Shown one piece after another: positions 48,034 through 60,469 of a stretch of 64,000 bases of DNA. A program made the position numbers and the translations under genes. The notes beneath the pieces were generated by a model. That model saw only the letters and a program-made list of their open reading frames with translations. It did no database searches and was not told the DNA's origin. How positions within the stretch are numbered: the stretch's first letter is position 1; each line of letters starts with the position of its first letter. Source of the stretch: Escherichia coli (lineage in GTDB: Bacteria; Pseudomonadota; Gammaproteobacteria; Enterobacterales; Enterobacteriaceae); assembly GCF_022846255.1 (NCBI RefSeq), contig NZ_AP025682.1; one strand, given 5' to 3'.

Positions 48034-49734
48034 TTACATCAGCTGACTTTCCTCACCCTCCGCAGAGCGAAAGCTAATACTCACTAACGTGCCGCCGCCG
48101 GAAGGTTGTGAAAAAGTCAGCGTCCCACCCAATCTTTCCGCGCGTTCGCGCATGATATTCAGACCATAATGACCTTCGGGTTCTTTCGGTTCACCGATGC
48201 CAATCCCGTTATCACGGATATAAACCGTGTGATTGCCGTCCGGCGCAGTGACGCAGCTAACGGCGATTTCGCTGGCGTTGGCGTGCTTCATCGCATTCAG
48301 CACCGCTTCGCGAATAATTTGCAACAAATGCACCTGCATTTGCGCATCCAGCGCCAGGGTTGGCAGACGGCAGTCGAGGGTCAGTTTGGCGCTGGTTTGA
48401 TTTTGTAACGTATCCAGCATTTCACGTAGCGCAGAGGGGAGATCCGCCTGCTGTAGCGTCAGGCGGAAAGTAGTTAACAGCTCGCGTAACTGCCGATAAG
48501 CATCATTCAGCGCCTGGGAGAAATCGGCCATGATACTTTGTGCGGTGGCGTTATCTTCCGGTATCGAACGCTTCAGTAACGTCAACTGGATACGTAAGTA
48601 AGAAAGTACCTGAGCCAGCGAGTCGTGCAATTCGCGGGCGATGGTCGCACGTTCTTCCATCAACAATAACTGCTGAAAATGCTTCTGCGCCTGATTAAAG
48701 TACAAACCGCGTCCCAGCATCGACGAAACGCTGTTAAGCAGCGGTTCTGATGATGAAACGTGACTATTTTGCCAGTGCAGTTCGCCGTAAACCGTCTCTT
48801 GCATTGTCACCGGTAAAATCTGCATCGGCAATTCCGGGTTTGGCTGCCCTTCGCTAATCCGCCAGTTGTCACCGACATTTAACTCCAGATATTCAGCCGC
48901 TTCATTGTCGCGAACAATCTGCAAAATATGGCGGAAACAATGCACATCAATCTGGCTGGTGTTCAGCGCCTGCGAACACTGATACAACACCTCCAGACGA
49001 CGCTTGGCCTCGTGGAGATCGCGGGTCTTTTCTTCTACTGACGCCTCCAGCGAACGGTACAATTTATGCAGCTCGCTCGACATCTGGTTAAAGGTTTTTG
49101 CAAGCAGGCCAAGCTCATTCGGCAGGCTGGTATCCAGCGGCGGCGAGTCGAACTGTCCGTGTTCAATACGCTGACTGGCGGTAACCAGCTGATTCAGCGG
49201 GGCAACCACCTGATGGCGTATGCGGCGCAAAGTAAAAAAGACCAGCGTGAAAATACCGATGCCGCCAGCCAGGGAAATCGCCACCACCAGCAGCATTTTG
49301 CGTTCAGCGTAGTGCTGTAAAGCCAGTACGAACAGGTCTATCTGATTAACATAATTATTAATATTGGCCTGATACCACGGCAAGTCGCCCTTGCTGAGCC
49401 GATTATTCATCTCCAGCCAGTTGGCATTCAGATGCGCATAGCGGGTTTTTACTGCCTCTGGCACATACCAGACGTTGAGATTGGTTAATACCGGTGAATG
49501 CAGTGCCTGCTGAAATAACTGGCGATGTGCATTGAGTTGTGGACTGCCACTTTGCAAGTCGTAGCCCAGGCGGTAACTCTGCATACGCAGCGATCCGGCA
49601 ATATTGATAGCCTCAGCGTCGCGTAAACTGCTCGCCAGCGTTAGCAGAGCGATACCCGTGGAAAGAATCGACAGCAGCACAATGTAAAAAAAGGCCCGGG
49701 CCAGACTGGCCGAGACGGGTCGTTTAACAATCAC
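48034..49734 (-). CDS. narQ: Nitrate/nitrite sensor histidine kinase
   Basis: Two transmembrane helices, HAMP region, HisKA_3 (ELHDSLAQ) and ATPase domains; start placed at the GTG giving MIVKRPVSASLARAFF… (566 aa). Confidence 0.9.
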   Translation of the reverse strand: MIVKRPVSASLARAFFYIVLLSILSTGIALLTLASSLRDAEAINIAGSLRMQSYRLGYDLQSGSPQLNAHRQLFQQALHSPVLTNLNVWYVPEAVKTRYAHLNANWLEMNNRLSKGDLPWYQANINNYVNQIDLFVLALQHYAERKMLLVVAISLAGGIGIFTLVFFTLRRIRHQVVAPLNQLVTASQRIEHGQFDSPPLDTSLPNELGLLAKTFNQMSSELHKLYRSLEASVEEKTRDLHEAKRRLEVLYQCSQALNTSQIDVHCFRHILQIVRDNEAAEYLELNVGDNWRISEGQPNPELPMQILPVTMQETVYGELHWQNSHVSSSEPLLNSVSSMLGRGLYFNQAQKHFQQLLLMEERATIARELHDSLAQVLSYLRIQLTLLKRSIPEDNATAQSIMADFSQALNDAYRQLRELLTTFRLTLQQADLPSALREMLDTLQNQTSAKLTLDCRLPTLALDAQMQVHLLQIIREAVLNAMKHANASEIAVSCVTAPDGNHTVYIRDNGIGIGEPKEPEGHYGLNIMRERAERLGGTLTFSQPSGGGTLVSISFRSAEGEESQLM

Positions 49735-49939
49735 ACGCGTCTTCTCCACAAAAAATCATTAATGTTCCAGTTCGCTGAAACGAAATTTAGTCAGTGATGG
49801 GATTATTTGATCTGCCACAGTTTATAGCGAAATAGTTACTTATTCTGGGCACATGAACATTGCCGATTCCCCTGTAAGTCGGGTAATAACAACACTCATA
49901 TAAAGAATAAGGTTTTTACAACCAAAAAAGAAGGTCGTT

Positions 49940-51919
49940 ATGAATCGTTTTATTATGGCCAACAGTCAGCAATGTCTGGGTTGTCATGCTTGTGAAATCG
50001 CCTGTGTCATGGCTCACAATGACGAGCAACATGTCCTGAGCCAACACCATTTTCATCCCCGAATTACGGTTATCAAACATCAGCAGCAACGTAGTGCAGT
50101 GACCTGTCACCATTGTGAAGATGCGCCCTGCGCCCGTAGCTGCCCTAATGGCGCAATCAGCCACGTTGATGACAGCATTCAGGTCAATCAGCAAAAGTGT
50201 ATTGGCTGTAAATCCTGCGTGGTGGCCTGTCCATTTGGTACGATGCAAATCGTTCTGACACCCGTTGCGGTAGGAAAAGTAAAAGCCACGGCGCATAAAT
50301 GCGACCTTTGTGCAGGGCGCGAAAACGGTCCTGCCTGTGTCGAAAATTGCCCGGCGGACGCGCTGCAACTGGTCACTGACGCCGCACTCTCCGGCATGGC
50401 GAAATCCCGCCGCTTGCGCACCGCACGTCAGGAACAACAACCGTGGCATGCCAGTACCGCGGCGCAAGAAATGCCGGTAATGAGTAAAGTCGAGCAAATG
50501 CAGGCAACGCCCGCGCGTGGCGAGCCAGATAAACTGGCGATTGAAGCGCGCAAAACCGGTTTTGATGAAATTTATCTGCCATTCCGTGCCGATCAGGCAC
50601 AACGGGAAGCCTCGCGCTGCCTTAAGTGCGGCGAGCACAGCGTTTGTGAATGGACCTGCCCGCTGCATAACCATATACCGCAGTGGATTGAACTGGTGAA
50701 AGCCGGAAACATCGACGCCGCCGTCGAGCTTTCTCACCAGACCAACACCCTGCCGGAAATTACCGGACGCGTTTGCCCGCAAGACCGTTTGTGTGAAGGT
50801 GCCTGTACTATTCGCGATGAGCACGGCGCAGTAACTATCGGTAACATTGAACGCTACATTTCAGATCAGGCGTTGGCGAAAGGTTGGCGTCCTGACTTAA
50901 GCCATGTCACCAAAGTGGACAAGCGGGTGGCGATTATCGGTGCGGGTCCGGCAGGGCTGGCCTGTGCAGATGTTCTGACCCGCAATGGCGTGGCGGTGAC
51001 GGTGTACGATCGCCATCCAGAAATCGGTGGCTTGCTCACTTTCGGCATTCCTTCTTTCAAACTGGATAAATCCCTGCTGGCACGCCGTCGGGAAATCTTC
51101 AGCGCGATGGGGATTCACTTCGAACTCAATTGTGAAGTGGGTAAAGATGTTTCTTTGAATTCGCTTTTGGAACAATACGACGCGGTCTTCGTTGGCGTAG
51201 GCACTTACCGTTCCATGAAAGCGGGTTTACCCAATGAAGATGCGCCGGGCGTTTATGACGCGCTGCCGTTCCTCATCGCCAACACTAAACAGGTGATGGG
51301 ACTCGAAGAGCTACCGGAAGAGCCGTTTATCAATACCGCCGGACTTAACGTCGTGGTACTGGGCGGCGGCGACACCGCGATGGACTGTGTGCGTACCGCG
51401 CTGCGCCACGGCGCGAGTAATGTCACCTGCGCTTATCGTCGTGATGAAGCTAACATGCCAGGCTCGAAGAAAGAGGTGAAGAACGCCCGTGAAGAGGGGG
51501 CTAACTTCGAATTTAACGTCCAGCCGGTGGCGCTTGAGCTGAATGAACAAGGTCACGTCTGCGGGATTCGTTTCCTGCGCACGCGTCTTGGCGAGCCGGA
51601 TGCCCAGGGGCGTCGGCGTCCAGTGCCGGTGGAAGGCAGTGAATTTGTCATGCCAGCCGATGCGGTGATTATGGCGTTTGGCTTCAATCCGCACGGGATG
51701 CCGTGGCTGGAGTCGCACGGTGTAACGGTAGACAAATGGGGCCGCATCATCGCGGATGTGGAAAGCCAGTACCGTTACCAGACCACGAATCCGAAAATCT
51801 TCGCCGGTGGTGACGCCGTGCGTGGTGCGGATCTGGTGGTTACCGCAATGGCAGAAGGACGTCATGCGGCACAGGGGATCATTGACTGGCTGGGCGTAAA
51901 ATCAGTCAAATCTCACTGA
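49940..51919 (+). CDS. aegA: Fe-S cluster-containing pyridine-nucleotide oxidoreductase AegA
   Basis: 659 aa with N-terminal ferredoxin-type Cys clusters and a C-terminal FAD/NAD-binding region (IIGAGPAGLACA…). Confidence 0.9.
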   Translation: MNRFIMANSQQCLGCHACEIACVMAHNDEQHVLSQHHFHPRITVIKHQQQRSAVTCHHCEDAPCARSCPNGAISHVDDSIQVNQQKCIGCKSCVVACPFGTMQIVLTPVAVGKVKATAHKCDLCAGRENGPACVENCPADALQLVTDAALSGMAKSRRLRTARQEQQPWHASTAAQEMPVMSKVEQMQATPARGEPDKLAIEARKTGFDEIYLPFRADQAQREASRCLKCGEHSVCEWTCPLHNHIPQWIELVKAGNIDAAVELSHQTNTLPEITGRVCPQDRLCEGACTIRDEHGAVTIGNIERYISDQALAKGWRPDLSHVTKVDKRVAIIGAGPAGLACADVLTRNGVAVTVYDRHPEIGGLLTFGIPSFKLDKSLLARRREIFSAMGIHFELNCEVGKDVSLNSLLEQYDAVFVGVGTYRSMKAGLPNEDAPGVYDALPFLIANTKQVMGLEELPEEPFINTAGLNVVVLGGGDTAMDCVRTALRHGASNVTCAYRRDEANMPGSKKEVKNAREEGANFEFNVQPVALELNEQGHVCGIRFLRTRLGEPDAQGRRRPVPVEGSEFVMPADAVIMAFGFNPHGMPWLESHGVTVDKWGRIIADVESQYRYQTTNPKIFAGGDAVRGADLVVTAMAEGRHAAQGIIDWLGVKSVKSH

Positions 51920-51986
51920 TAGCCTGCGCAGACAAACCCGACTTCACAGCGTAAGATAATTGTTCATTTCGCGCTGTGGAGTCGGT

Positions 51987-52562
51987 ATGACGCAACAAAT
52001 CACCCTCGTTAAAGACAAAATTCTCTCCGATAACTATTTCACCCTGCACAACATTACTTACGATCTCACGCGCAAAGATGGCGAAGTTATCCGCCATAAA
52101 CGTGAAGTTTACGATCGCGGTAATGGTGCGACGATCCTCCTGTACAACGCGAAGAAAAAGACCGTGGTTCTGATTCGCCAGTTCCGCGTCGCTACCTGGG
52201 TTAATGGCAATGAAAGCGGGCAACTGATTGAAACCTGCGCCGGGCTGCTGGATAACGACGAACCGGAAGTGTGCATTCGCAAGGAAGCGATTGAAGAGAC
52301 GGGCTATGAAGTTGGCGAAGTCCGCAAATTATTTGAACTGTATATGTCGCCAGGCGGTGTGACTGAGCTAATCCACTTTTTTATCGCCGAATACAGTGAC
52401 AGCCAGCGCGCTAACGCCGGTGGTGGTGTCGAAGATGAAGATATTGAAGTGCTTGAGCTGCCGTTCAGCCAGGCGCTGGAGATGATTAAAACCGGCGAGA
52501 TACGTGACGGTAAGACGGTGTTATTGCTTAACTATTTGCAAATGTCACATTTAATGGACTGA
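51987..52562 (+). CDS. nudK: GDP-mannose pyrophosphatase (Nudix hydrolase)
   Basis: GGAG upstream of the ATG at 51987; translation [15 protein letters not shown]… (191 aa) with a Nudix box (…[13 protein letters not shown]…). Confidence 0.9.
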   Translation: MTQQITLVKDKILSDNYFTLHNITYDLTRKDGEVIRHKREVYDRGNGATILLYNAKKKTVVLIRQFRVATWVNGNESGQLIETCAGLLDNDEPEVCIRKEAIEETGYEVGEVRKLFELYMSPGGVTELIHFFIAEYSDSQRANAGGGVEDEDIEVLELPFSQALEMIKTGEIRDGKTVLLLNYLQMSHLMD

Positions 52563-52687
52563 AAAATAACAATAATATTTCGTTGTTTATTATTGGCTCA
52601 ATCCGACAAATCCGATTGAGCCGCGCTACCTGCGCAACGAAGATACGACTTGTGCTGTTTGTTTGAACTTCTGGGGTCGTACCGTCC

Positions 52688-53731
52688 ATGCGATATCGCA
52701 TTTTCCTTCTCTTTTTTTTCGTTTTGTTGCCGATGTCTTTGGTGTGGGCGGCACCAGCGCAACGGGCGTTTTCCGACTGGCAGGTCACCTGTAATAATCA
52801 AAATTTCTGTGTAGCGCGCAATACGGGCGATCATAATGGACTGGTGATGACCCTGAGCCGCAGCGCCGGGGCGCATACCGATGCCGTTTTACGTATTGAG
52901 CGCGGCGGGTTGAAGTCGCCGGATGCGTCAGAAGGGGAGATAGCGCCACGGCTGCTGTTAGATGGTGAGCCGTTGGCGTTAAGTGGTGACAAGTGGCGGA
53001 TTTCACCATGGTTATTAGTAACCGATGATACGGCAACCATCACCGCGTTTTTGCAGATGATTCAGGAAGGGAGGGCGATCACCTTACGCGACGGCAATCA
53101 GACTATTTCTCTGAGTGGCTTAAAAGCGGCGTTGTTGTTTATTGATGCCCAGCAAAAGCGCGTTGGCAGTGAGACCGCGTGGATAAAGAAAGGGGACGAA
53201 CCGCCGCTCAGCGTACCGCCAGCGCCTGCGCTGAAAGAGGTCGCGGTGGTTAACCCAACGCCGACGCCACTCTCACGCGAAGAACGTAACGATTTGCTGG
53301 ATTATGGAAACTGGCGGATGAATGGTCTGCGCTGTTCGCTTGATCCGTTACGTCGTGAGGTGAATGTCACTGCGCTGACCGATGATAAAGCGCTGATGAT
53401 GATTAGCTGTGAGGCAGGGGCCTATAACACCATTGATTTGGCATGGATTGTGTCGCGTAAAAAGCCGCTGGCCTCGCGCCCGGTACGGTTGCGTTTGCCG
53501 TTCAACAACGGTCAGGAGACCAATGAACTGGAACTGATGAACGCAACATTCGATGAAAAATCGCGTGAACTGGTGACCTTAGCAAAAGGGCGCGGATTAA
53601 GCGATTGTGGCATTCAGGCGCGCTGGCGCTTTGACGGTCAGCGTTTTCGCCTGGTGCGTTACGCCGCAGAACCCACCTGCGATAACTGGCATGGGCCAGA
53701 CGCCTGGCCCACGTTGTGGATCACCCGTTAA
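52688..53731 (+). CDS. ypfG: Periplasmic protein of unknown function YpfG
   Basis: 347 aa with a signal peptide; K-12 synteny. Confidence 0.85.
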   Translation: MRYRIFLLFFFVLLPMSLVWAAPAQRAFSDWQVTCNNQNFCVARNTGDHNGLVMTLSRSAGAHTDAVLRIERGGLKSPDASEGEIAPRLLLDGEPLALSGDKWRISPWLLVTDDTATITAFLQMIQEGRAITLRDGNQTISLSGLKAALLFIDAQQKRVGSETAWIKKGDEPPLSVPPAPALKEVAVVNPTPTPLSREERNDLLDYGNWRMNGLRCSLDPLRREVNVTALTDDKALMMISCEAGAYNTIDLAWIVSRKKPLASRPVRLRLPFNNGQETNELELMNATFDEKSRELVTLAKGRGLSDCGIQARWRFDGQRFRLVRYAAEPTCDNWHGPDAWPTLWITR

Positions 53732-53748
53732 ACAAAATGGCGGGGACA

Positions 53749-53803
53749 TGTAGACCGGATAAGACGCACCAGCGTCACATCCGACAATCAGCATCCGGCG
53801 ATC
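53749..53803. repeat. REP-like element between ypfG and tktB
   Basis: TGTAGACCGGATAAGACGCACCAGCGTCACATCCGACA…CATCCGGCG. Confidence 0.45.
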
Positions 53804-53807
53804 ACCA

Positions 53808-55811
53808 TCAGGCACCTTTCACTCCCAGTACCTTATGCGCTTTTGCCACAATATTCTCGGCGGTAAAGCCAAAGAACGGGAACAGCTTATCCGCCGGAGC
53901 AGATTCCCCATAACCTGTCATCCCGACAATTGTCCCTTTCAGACCAACATATTTGTACCAGTAATCGGCAATACCCGCTTCTACTGCCACGCGGGCAGAA
54001 ACATTTGAAGGCAGTACCGACTCGCGATATTCCTCATCCTGGGCATCGAAAATATCGGTCGAGGGCAGGGAAACCACGCGAACATTGCGACCTTCTCCCG
54101 CTAATTTCTCTGCCGCTTGCAGGGTGATTTCCATCTCTGAACCGGTGGCAATCAGAATAATATCTGGCTTACCGCCGCTGTCTTTCAGCACATAACCGCC
54201 ACGAGCAATCTCTTTAACCTGATCCGGTGTTCGTTCTACCTGTGCCAGATTCTGCCTTGAGAGGATCAGTGCTGTCGGTCCGTTGTGGCGCTCAACCGCC
54301 AGCTTCCAGCCAACCGCCGCTTCCACCTGATCGCACGGTCGCCAGGTGCTGAAATTTGGCGTTAAGCGCAGACTAGCCAGTTGCTCAACAGCCTGGTGCG
54401 TCGGACCATCTTCGCCCAGACCAATTGAGTCGTGGGTATAAACCATAATCTGCCGCGCTTTCATCAGTGCCGCCATCCGCGCGGCGTTACGGGCGTATTC
54501 AACAAACATCAGGAACGTCGCGGTATACGGCACAAAGCCGCCGTGGTGCGCGATGCCGTTGGCGATAGCGGTCATACCAAATTCACGCACCCCGTAGTGA
54601 ATGTAGTTGCCCGCCGGATCTTCCTTCAGCGAAACAGAACCTTTCCAGATGGTCAGGTTGCTGGGAGCCAGATCCGCCGAACCGCCGAGCAACTCAGGCA
54701 GCATCGGCCCGTAAGCGTTAAGCGTATTTTGCGAAGCCTTACGGGTAGCGATTTTCGCCGGATTCGCCTGCAACTCATTGATATATTTCTGAGTCGTTTT
54801 CTCCCAGTCCTTCGGCAAACCGCCGCTCATTCGACGGGTAAACTCTTCTGCCAGTTGCGGATGAGCCTTTTTATAGGCGGCAAACTTCTCATTCCAGCTC
54901 TGCTGCGCTTTTTCGCCTTTTTCACGGGCATCCCAGGCGTGATAAATCTCTTTAGGGATCTCAAATGGCGGATGGTGCCAGCCCAGTTTTTGCCGTGCCA
55001 GAGCTACTTCTTCTTCCCCCAGCGGTGCGCCGTGCGCCTCTTCCTTACCTGCTTTATTCGGCGAACCAAAGCCAATCACCGTACGGCAGATAATCAGCGA
55101 CGGCTTATCTTTCACGCTTTGCGCTTCAAGGATCGCTTCCTTCACCGCCTGCGGATCGTGGCCGTCGATCTCGTGGACCACATGCCAGTGATAGGCTTCA
55201 AAACGTTTTGCCGTATCGTCGGTAAACCAGCCTTCGGTTTCACCGTCGATGGAAATACCGTTGTGATCGTAAAAACCAATCAGCTTGCCCAGCCCCAGCG
55301 TGCCCGCCAGCGAACAGACTTCGTGAGAGATACCTTCCATCAGGCAGCCGTCGCCCATAAACACATAGGTGAAGTGATCGACAATTTCATGATCCGGCTG
55401 ATTAAACTGCGCCGCCAGCGTACGCTCTGCTATCGCCAGCCCGACGGCGTTCGCCAAACCTTGTCCAAGAGGACCGGTGGTGGTTTCAACACCTGGCGTA
55501 TAGCCGATTTCCGGGTGACCAGGGGTTTTCGAATGCAACTGACGGAAGTTCTTCAGTTCTTCCAGTGGCAGGTCGTAACCGGTCAGATGCAGCAAACTGT
55601 AGAGCAGCATCGACGCGTGACCGTTGGAAAGAATAAAGCGGTCACGGTCATACCAGGTTGGGTCGGTGGGGTTATGTTTAAGAAAATCGTTCCACAGCAC
55701 TTCGGCAATATCAGCCATGCCCATCGGCGCGCCGGGATGACCAGAATTGGCTTTTTGTACCGCATCCATACTGAGTGCGCGAATCGCATTGGCAAGGTCT
55801 TTTCGGGACAT
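53808..55811 (-). CDS. tktB: Transketolase 2
   Basis: Start placed at [19 protein letters not shown]… (667 aa) with a GGAG RBS; the ORF track adds 21 upstream codons. Confidence 0.95.
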   Translation of the reverse strand: MSRKDLANAIRALSMDAVQKANSGHPGAPMGMADIAEVLWNDFLKHNPTDPTWYDRDRFILSNGHASMLLYSLLHLTGYDLPLEELKNFRQLHSKTPGHPEIGYTPGVETTTGPLGQGLANAVGLAIAERTLAAQFNQPDHEIVDHFTYVFMGDGCLMEGISHEVCSLAGTLGLGKLIGFYDHNGISIDGETEGWFTDDTAKRFEAYHWHVVHEIDGHDPQAVKEAILEAQSVKDKPSLIICRTVIGFGSPNKAGKEEAHGAPLGEEEVALARQKLGWHHPPFEIPKEIYHAWDAREKGEKAQQSWNEKFAAYKKAHPQLAEEFTRRMSGGLPKDWEKTTQKYINELQANPAKIATRKASQNTLNAYGPMLPELLGGSADLAPSNLTIWKGSVSLKEDPAGNYIHYGVREFGMTAIANGIAHHGGFVPYTATFLMFVEYARNAARMAALMKARQIMVYTHDSIGLGEDGPTHQAVEQLASLRLTPNFSTWRPCDQVEAAVGWKLAVERHNGPTALILSRQNLAQVERTPDQVKEIARGGYVLKDSGGKPDIILIATGSEMEITLQAAEKLAGEGRNVRVVSLPSTDIFDAQDEEYRESVLPSNVSARVAVEAGIADYWYKYVGLKGTIVGMTGYGESAPADKLFPFFGFTAENIVAKAHKVLGVKGA

Positions 55812-55830
55812 ATAACACTCCGTGGCTGGT

Positions 55831-56781
55831 TTATAGTTTGGCGGCAAGAAGATCTTCCAGTTTGCGTTGATCAACGGCGAACAGACGAATGCCTTCAGAC
55901 AGTTTTTCTACCGCCATCGCATCCTGATTGTGCTCCCAACGGAATTCCGCTTCGCTCATGGGAGCTGGGCGTGGGAACGTCTGAGAAGGTGGGATTAATT
56001 TACGTACCACTGGCGAAACTTTTTCCTGTAGCTCCTTCAGCAAATTCGGTGCGATAGTCAGTCGGTCGCAGCCGGTTAAGGCGAGGATTTGTTCGGTGCG
56101 ACGGAAGCTCGCGCCCATCACAATGGTTTCATAGTGGTGTTGCTTATAGTAGTCGTAGATATTGCGTACTGATTTAACGCCTGGATCTTCTTCCACCACA
56201 TACGGGTCCATCGGCTTGCGTGCCTGATACCAGTCATAAATACGCCCGACAAACGGCGAAATCAGAAAAACGCCTGCTTCTGCACAGGCCCGCGCCTGTG
56301 CAAAAGAAAACAGCAGCGTCAGGTTGCAGTTGATACCTTCTTTTTCCAGCTCTTCTGCCGCGCGAATTCCTTCCCAGGTCGAAGCCAGCTTGATCAGAAT
56401 GCGCGATTTCTCAACGCCTTGTTGCTGATACAAGTCCACCAGATGGCGCGCCTTCTCAATACTCTTTTCTTTATCAAAAGAGAGGCGTGCATCAACTTCT
56501 GTTGACACGCGACCGGGTACGATTTTGAGAATTTCAGCACCGAAATTGACCGCCAGTTTGTCACACGCTGCGACCACCTGTTGTTCCTGGGTCTTGCCAT
56601 TTTTTTTACCCCAGGCGATAGCATCGTCTATTAAATGCTCATATTGTGATAATCCGGCAGCCTTGAGTAACAGCGAAGGATTGGTGGTGGCATCCTGGGG
56701 ATGATAATGGCGAATGGACTCAATATCGCCGCTGTCTGCCACGACAGTGGTGAACTGTTTGATGCCGTCTAACTCGTTCAT
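55831..56781 (-). CDS. talA: Transaldolase A
   Basis: 316-aa transaldolase (…[13 protein letters not shown]…), immediately upstream of tktB. Confidence 0.95.
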   Translation of the reverse strand: MNELDGIKQFTTVVADSGDIESIRHYHPQDATTNPSLLLKAAGLSQYEHLIDDAIAWGKKNGKTQEQQVVAACDKLAVNFGAEILKIVPGRVSTEVDARLSFDKEKSIEKARHLVDLYQQQGVEKSRILIKLASTWEGIRAAEELEKEGINCNLTLLFSFAQARACAEAGVFLISPFVGRIYDWYQARKPMDPYVVEEDPGVKSVRNIYDYYKQHHYETIVMGASFRRTEQILALTGCDRLTIAPNLLKELQEKVSPVVRKLIPPSQTFPRPAPMSEAEFRWEHNQDAMAVEKLSEGIRLFAVDQRKLEDLLAAKL

Positions 56782-57069
56782 AGGAAATACTCCTTGAAAA
56801 GTAAAGTGTTAGATGAGTGCGTTAATTCACACTTCTGAGGAATTTCGCTAAACGCATCAAAAAAGCATAGCAGACAGGCATGGTATTGCTGGATTAAGCA
56901 GGTAACATCAGTGTTATAGGATTATTACCAAAACATTATATTAATGGTGAGAGTTTGGACTTGCTCAAAGTCTGTAGACTCCGGCAGGGTAATAATGTGC
57001 GCCACGTTGTGGACAGGGGCTGTTGCCCACACACTTTATTTGTGAACGTTACGTGAAAGGAACAACCAA

Positions 57070-59349
57070 ATGGATGACCAGTTAAAACAAAGTGCACTTG
57101 ATTTCCATGAATTTCCAGTTCCAGGGAAAATCCAGGTTTCTCCAACCAAGCCTCTGGCAACGCAGCGCGATCTGGCGCTGGCCTACTCACCAGGCGTTGC
57201 CGCACCTTGTCTTGAAATCGAAAAAGACCCGTTAAAAGCCTACAAATATACCGCGCGCGGTAACCTGGTAGCGGTGATCTCTAACGGTACGGCGGTGCTG
57301 GGGTTAGGCAACATTGGCGCGCTGGCAGGCAAACCGGTGATGGAAGGCAAGGGCGTTCTGTTTAAGAAATTCGCCGGGATTGATGTATTTGACATTGAAG
57401 TTGATGAACTCGACCCGGACAAATTTATTGAAGTCGTCGCTGCGCTCGAACCGACCTTCGGCGGCATCAACCTCGAAGACATTAAAGCGCCAGAATGTTT
57501 CTATATTGAACAGAAACTGCGCGAGCGGATGAATATTCCGGTATTCCACGACGATCAGCACGGCACGGCAATTATCAGCACTGCCGCCATCCTCAACGGC
57601 TTGCGCGTGGTGGAGAAAAACATCTCCGACGTGCGGATGGTGGTTTCTGGCGCGGGTGCCGCAGCAATTGCCTGTATGAACCTGCTGGTAGCGCTGGGTC
57701 TGCAAAAACATAACATCGTGGTTTGCGATTCAAAAGGCGTTATCTATCAGGGCCGTGAGCCAAACATGGCGGAAACCAAAGCCGCATACGCGGTGGTGGA
57801 TGACGGTAAACGTACCCTCGATGATGTGATTGAAGGCGCGGATATTTTCCTCGGCTGTTCCGGCCCGAAAGTGCTGACCCAGGAAATGGTGAAGAAAATG
57901 GCCCGTGCGCCAATGATCCTGGCGCTGGCGAATCCGGAACCGGAAATTCTGCCGCCGCTGGCGAAAGAAGTGCGTCCGGATGCCATCATCTGTACCGGCC
58001 GTTCCGACTACCCGAACCAGGTGAACAACGTTCTTTGCTTCCCGTTCATCTTCCGTGGCGCGCTGGACGTTGGCGCAACCGCCATCAACGAAGAGATGAA
58101 ACTGGCGGCGGTACGCGCAATTGCAGAACTGGCCCATGCGGAACAGAGTGAAGTGGTGGCTTCAGCGTATGGCGATCAGGATCTGAGCTTTGGTCCGGAA
58201 TACATCATTCCAAAACCGTTTGATCCGCGCTTGATCGTTAAGATCGCTCCTGCGGTCGCTAAAGCCGCGATGGAGTCGGGCGTGGCGACGCGTCCGATTG
58301 CTGATTTCGACGTCTACATCGACAAGCTGACGGAGTTCGTTTACAAAACCAACCTGTTTATGAAGCCGATTTTCTCCCAGGCTCGCAAAGCGCCGAAGCG
58401 CGTCGTTCTGCCGGAAGGGGAAGAGGCGCGCGTTCTGCATGCCACTCAGGAACTGGTAACGCTGGGGCTGGCGAAACCGATCCTTATCGGTCGTCCGAAT
58501 GTGATCGAAATGCGCATTCAGAAACTGGGCTTGCAGATCAAAGCGGGCGTTGATTTTGAGATCGTCAATAACGAATCCGATCCGCGCTTTAAAGAGTACT
58601 GGACCGAATACTTCCAGATCATGAAGCGTCGCGGTGTCACTCAGGAACAGGCGCAGCGTGCATTGATCAGTAACCCGACAGTGATTGGCGCGATCATGGT
58701 TCAGCGTGGCGAAGCCGATGCAATGATTTGCGGTACGGTGGGTGATTATCATGAACATTTTAGCGTGGTGAAAAATGTCTTTGGTTATCGCGATGGCGTT
58801 CACACCGCAGGTGCAATGAACGCGCTGCTGTTGCCGAGTGGTAACACCTTTATTGCCGATACCTACGTCAATGATGAGCCTGATGCAGAAGAGCTGGCGG
58901 AGATCACCTTGATGGCGGCAGAAACTGTTCGTCGTTTTGGTATTGAGCCGCGTGTGGCTCTGTTGTCGCACTCCAACTTTGGTTCTTCTGACTGCCCGTC
59001 GTCGAGCAAAATGCGTCAGGCGCTGGAACTGGTCAGGGAACGTGCACCAGAACTGATGATTGATGGTGAAATGCACGGCGATGCAGCGCTGGTGGAAGCG
59101 ATTCGCAACGACCGTATGCCGGACAGCCCTTTGAAAGGTTCCGCTAATATTCTGGTGATGCCGAACATGGAAGCTGCCCGCATTAGTTACAACTTACTGC
59201 GCGTTTCCAGCTCGGAAGGTGTGACTGTCGGTCCGGTGCTGATGGGCGTGGCGAAACCGGTTCACGTGTTAACGCCGATCGCATCTGTACGTCGTATCGT
59301 CAACATGGTGGCGCTGGCCGTGGTTGAAGCGCAAACCCAACCGCTGTAA
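57070..59349 (+). CDS. maeB: NADP-dependent malic enzyme
   Basis: 759 aa with an N-terminal malic-enzyme domain and a C-terminal phosphotransacetylase-like domain. Confidence 0.95.
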   Translation: MDDQLKQSALDFHEFPVPGKIQVSPTKPLATQRDLALAYSPGVAAPCLEIEKDPLKAYKYTARGNLVAVISNGTAVLGLGNIGALAGKPVMEGKGVLFKKFAGIDVFDIEVDELDPDKFIEVVAALEPTFGGINLEDIKAPECFYIEQKLRERMNIPVFHDDQHGTAIISTAAILNGLRVVEKNISDVRMVVSGAGAAAIACMNLLVALGLQKHNIVVCDSKGVIYQGREPNMAETKAAYAVVDDGKRTLDDVIEGADIFLGCSGPKVLTQEMVKKMARAPMILALANPEPEILPPLAKEVRPDAIICTGRSDYPNQVNNVLCFPFIFRGALDVGATAINEEMKLAAVRAIAELAHAEQSEVVASAYGDQDLSFGPEYIIPKPFDPRLIVKIAPAVAKAAMESGVATRPIADFDVYIDKLTEFVYKTNLFMKPIFSQARKAPKRVVLPEGEEARVLHATQELVTLGLAKPILIGRPNVIEMRIQKLGLQIKAGVDFEIVNNESDPRFKEYWTEYFQIMKRRGVTQEQAQRALISNPTVIGAIMVQRGEADAMICGTVGDYHEHFSVVKNVFGYRDGVHTAGAMNALLLPSGNTFIADTYVNDEPDAEELAEITLMAAETVRRFGIEPRVALLSHSNFGSSDCPSSSKMRQALELVRERAPELMIDGEMHGDAALVEAIRNDRMPDSPLKGSANILVMPNMEAARISYNLLRVSSSEGVTVGPVLMGVAKPVHVLTPIASVRRIVNMVALAVVEAQTQPL

Positions 59350-59399
59350 TTCTTTTTTAACTCTCACGCTTACCCTGAATATTCAGGGTAAGCGGTTTA

Positions 59400-59641
59400 G
59401 CTGCAATATATTAGTAAAGTTTATTACTGAGTTTGCGAATAATAAAAAAATCAGTATATAAAATATCTCGATATTATTTTATTTATATTCATGCGTTGCA
59501 TATGAAAGTTTATGCACCACATCAAATATCTCTCCATTCTTAGTGATCTACCTCACCTTTTAAACGCGCTTGCCGAATTTTGTTATTTACTCTGACGAAA
59601 AATTGTCACGATACACGAAAGTTTTTCACAGGCGGCGACTC
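59400..59641 (+). promoter_or_regulatory. eut operon upstream control region (AT-rich)
   Basis: About 240 bp of AT-rich non-coding sequence before eutS; no individual site assigned. Confidence 0.3.
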
Positions 59642-59977
59642 ATGGATAAAGAACGCATCATTCAGGAATTTGTGCCCGGTAAACAGGTCACACTGGCGCA
59701 TCTCATCGCGCATCCCGGCGAGGAACTGGCGAAGAAAATCGGCGTTCCGGATGCGGGCGCAATCGGCATTATGACGCTAACTCCCGGAGAAACGGCGATG
59801 ATCGCCGGTGATTTAGCGTTGAAAGCCGCCGATGTGCATATCGGTTTTCTCGACCGTTTTAGCGGCGCGCTGGTGATTTATGGCTCGGTGGGCGCAGTAG
59901 AAGAAGCGTTATCACAAACCGTCAGTGGTTTAGGACGCTTATTAAATTATACGCTTTGTGAAATGACCAAAAGTTAA
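59642..59977 (+). CDS. eutS: Ethanolamine-utilisation microcompartment shell protein EutS
   Basis: Start placed at [14 protein letters not shown]… (111 aa), a circularly permuted BMC-domain protein. Confidence 0.85.
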
Positions 59978-59989
59978 TACGAGGCATTC

Positions 59990-60469
59990 ATGAAACGAAT
60001 TGCGTTTGTGGGTACCGTCGGGGCAGGAAAAACAACGTTATTTAATGCGTTGCAGGGGAATTATACCCTCGCAAGAAAAACACAGGCCGTGGAATTTAAT
60101 GATAATGGCGATATCGATACGCCGGGTGAATATTTTAGCCATCCCCGCTGGTATCACGCCTTAATTACCACGCTACAGGATGTGGACATGCTGATCTATG
60201 TCCACGGCGCGAATGACCCGGAAAGTCGGTTGCCTGCCGGGTTGCTGGATATTGGCGTCAGCAAACGGCAAATCGCCGTCATCAGTAAAACGGACATGCC
60301 AGATGCTGACGTCGCCGCAACGCGAAAGTTATTGCTTGAGACGGGCTTCGAAGAGCCGATTTTCGAGCTAAACAGCCACGACCCGCAAAGCGTGCAGCAA
60401 CTGGTGGATTATCTGGCATCTCTCACCAAACAGGAGGAAGCAGGTGAAAAAACTCATCACAGCGAATGA
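59990..60469 (+). CDS. eutP: Ethanolamine-utilisation P-loop GTPase/acetate kinase-like protein EutP
   Basis: 159 aa with a Walker A motif (GTVGAGKTTL). Confidence 0.9.
   Translation: MKRIAFVGTVGAGKTTLFNALQGNYTLARKTQAVEFNDNGDIDTPGEYFSHPRWYHALITTLQDVDMLIYVHGANDPESRLPAGLLDIGVSKRQIAVISKTDMPDADVAATRKLLLETGFEEPIFELNSHDPQSVQQLVDYLASLTKQEEAGEKTHHSE

Noticed and set aside
49916-50824. 302-aa minus-strand ORF overlapping the aegA 5' region
   Set aside because: Antisense to aegA with its Cys-cluster motifs; no RBS or recognisable features.
54432-56057. 541-aa + strand ORF spanning the tktB-talA region
   Set aside because: It runs antisense through two well-recognised genes and across their intergenic gap; its translation is Arg-rich with no recognisable features; long only because the frame happens to lack stops.
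58162-59076. 304-aa minus-strand ORF inside maeB
   Set aside because: Antisense to a conserved enzyme gene; composition artefact.
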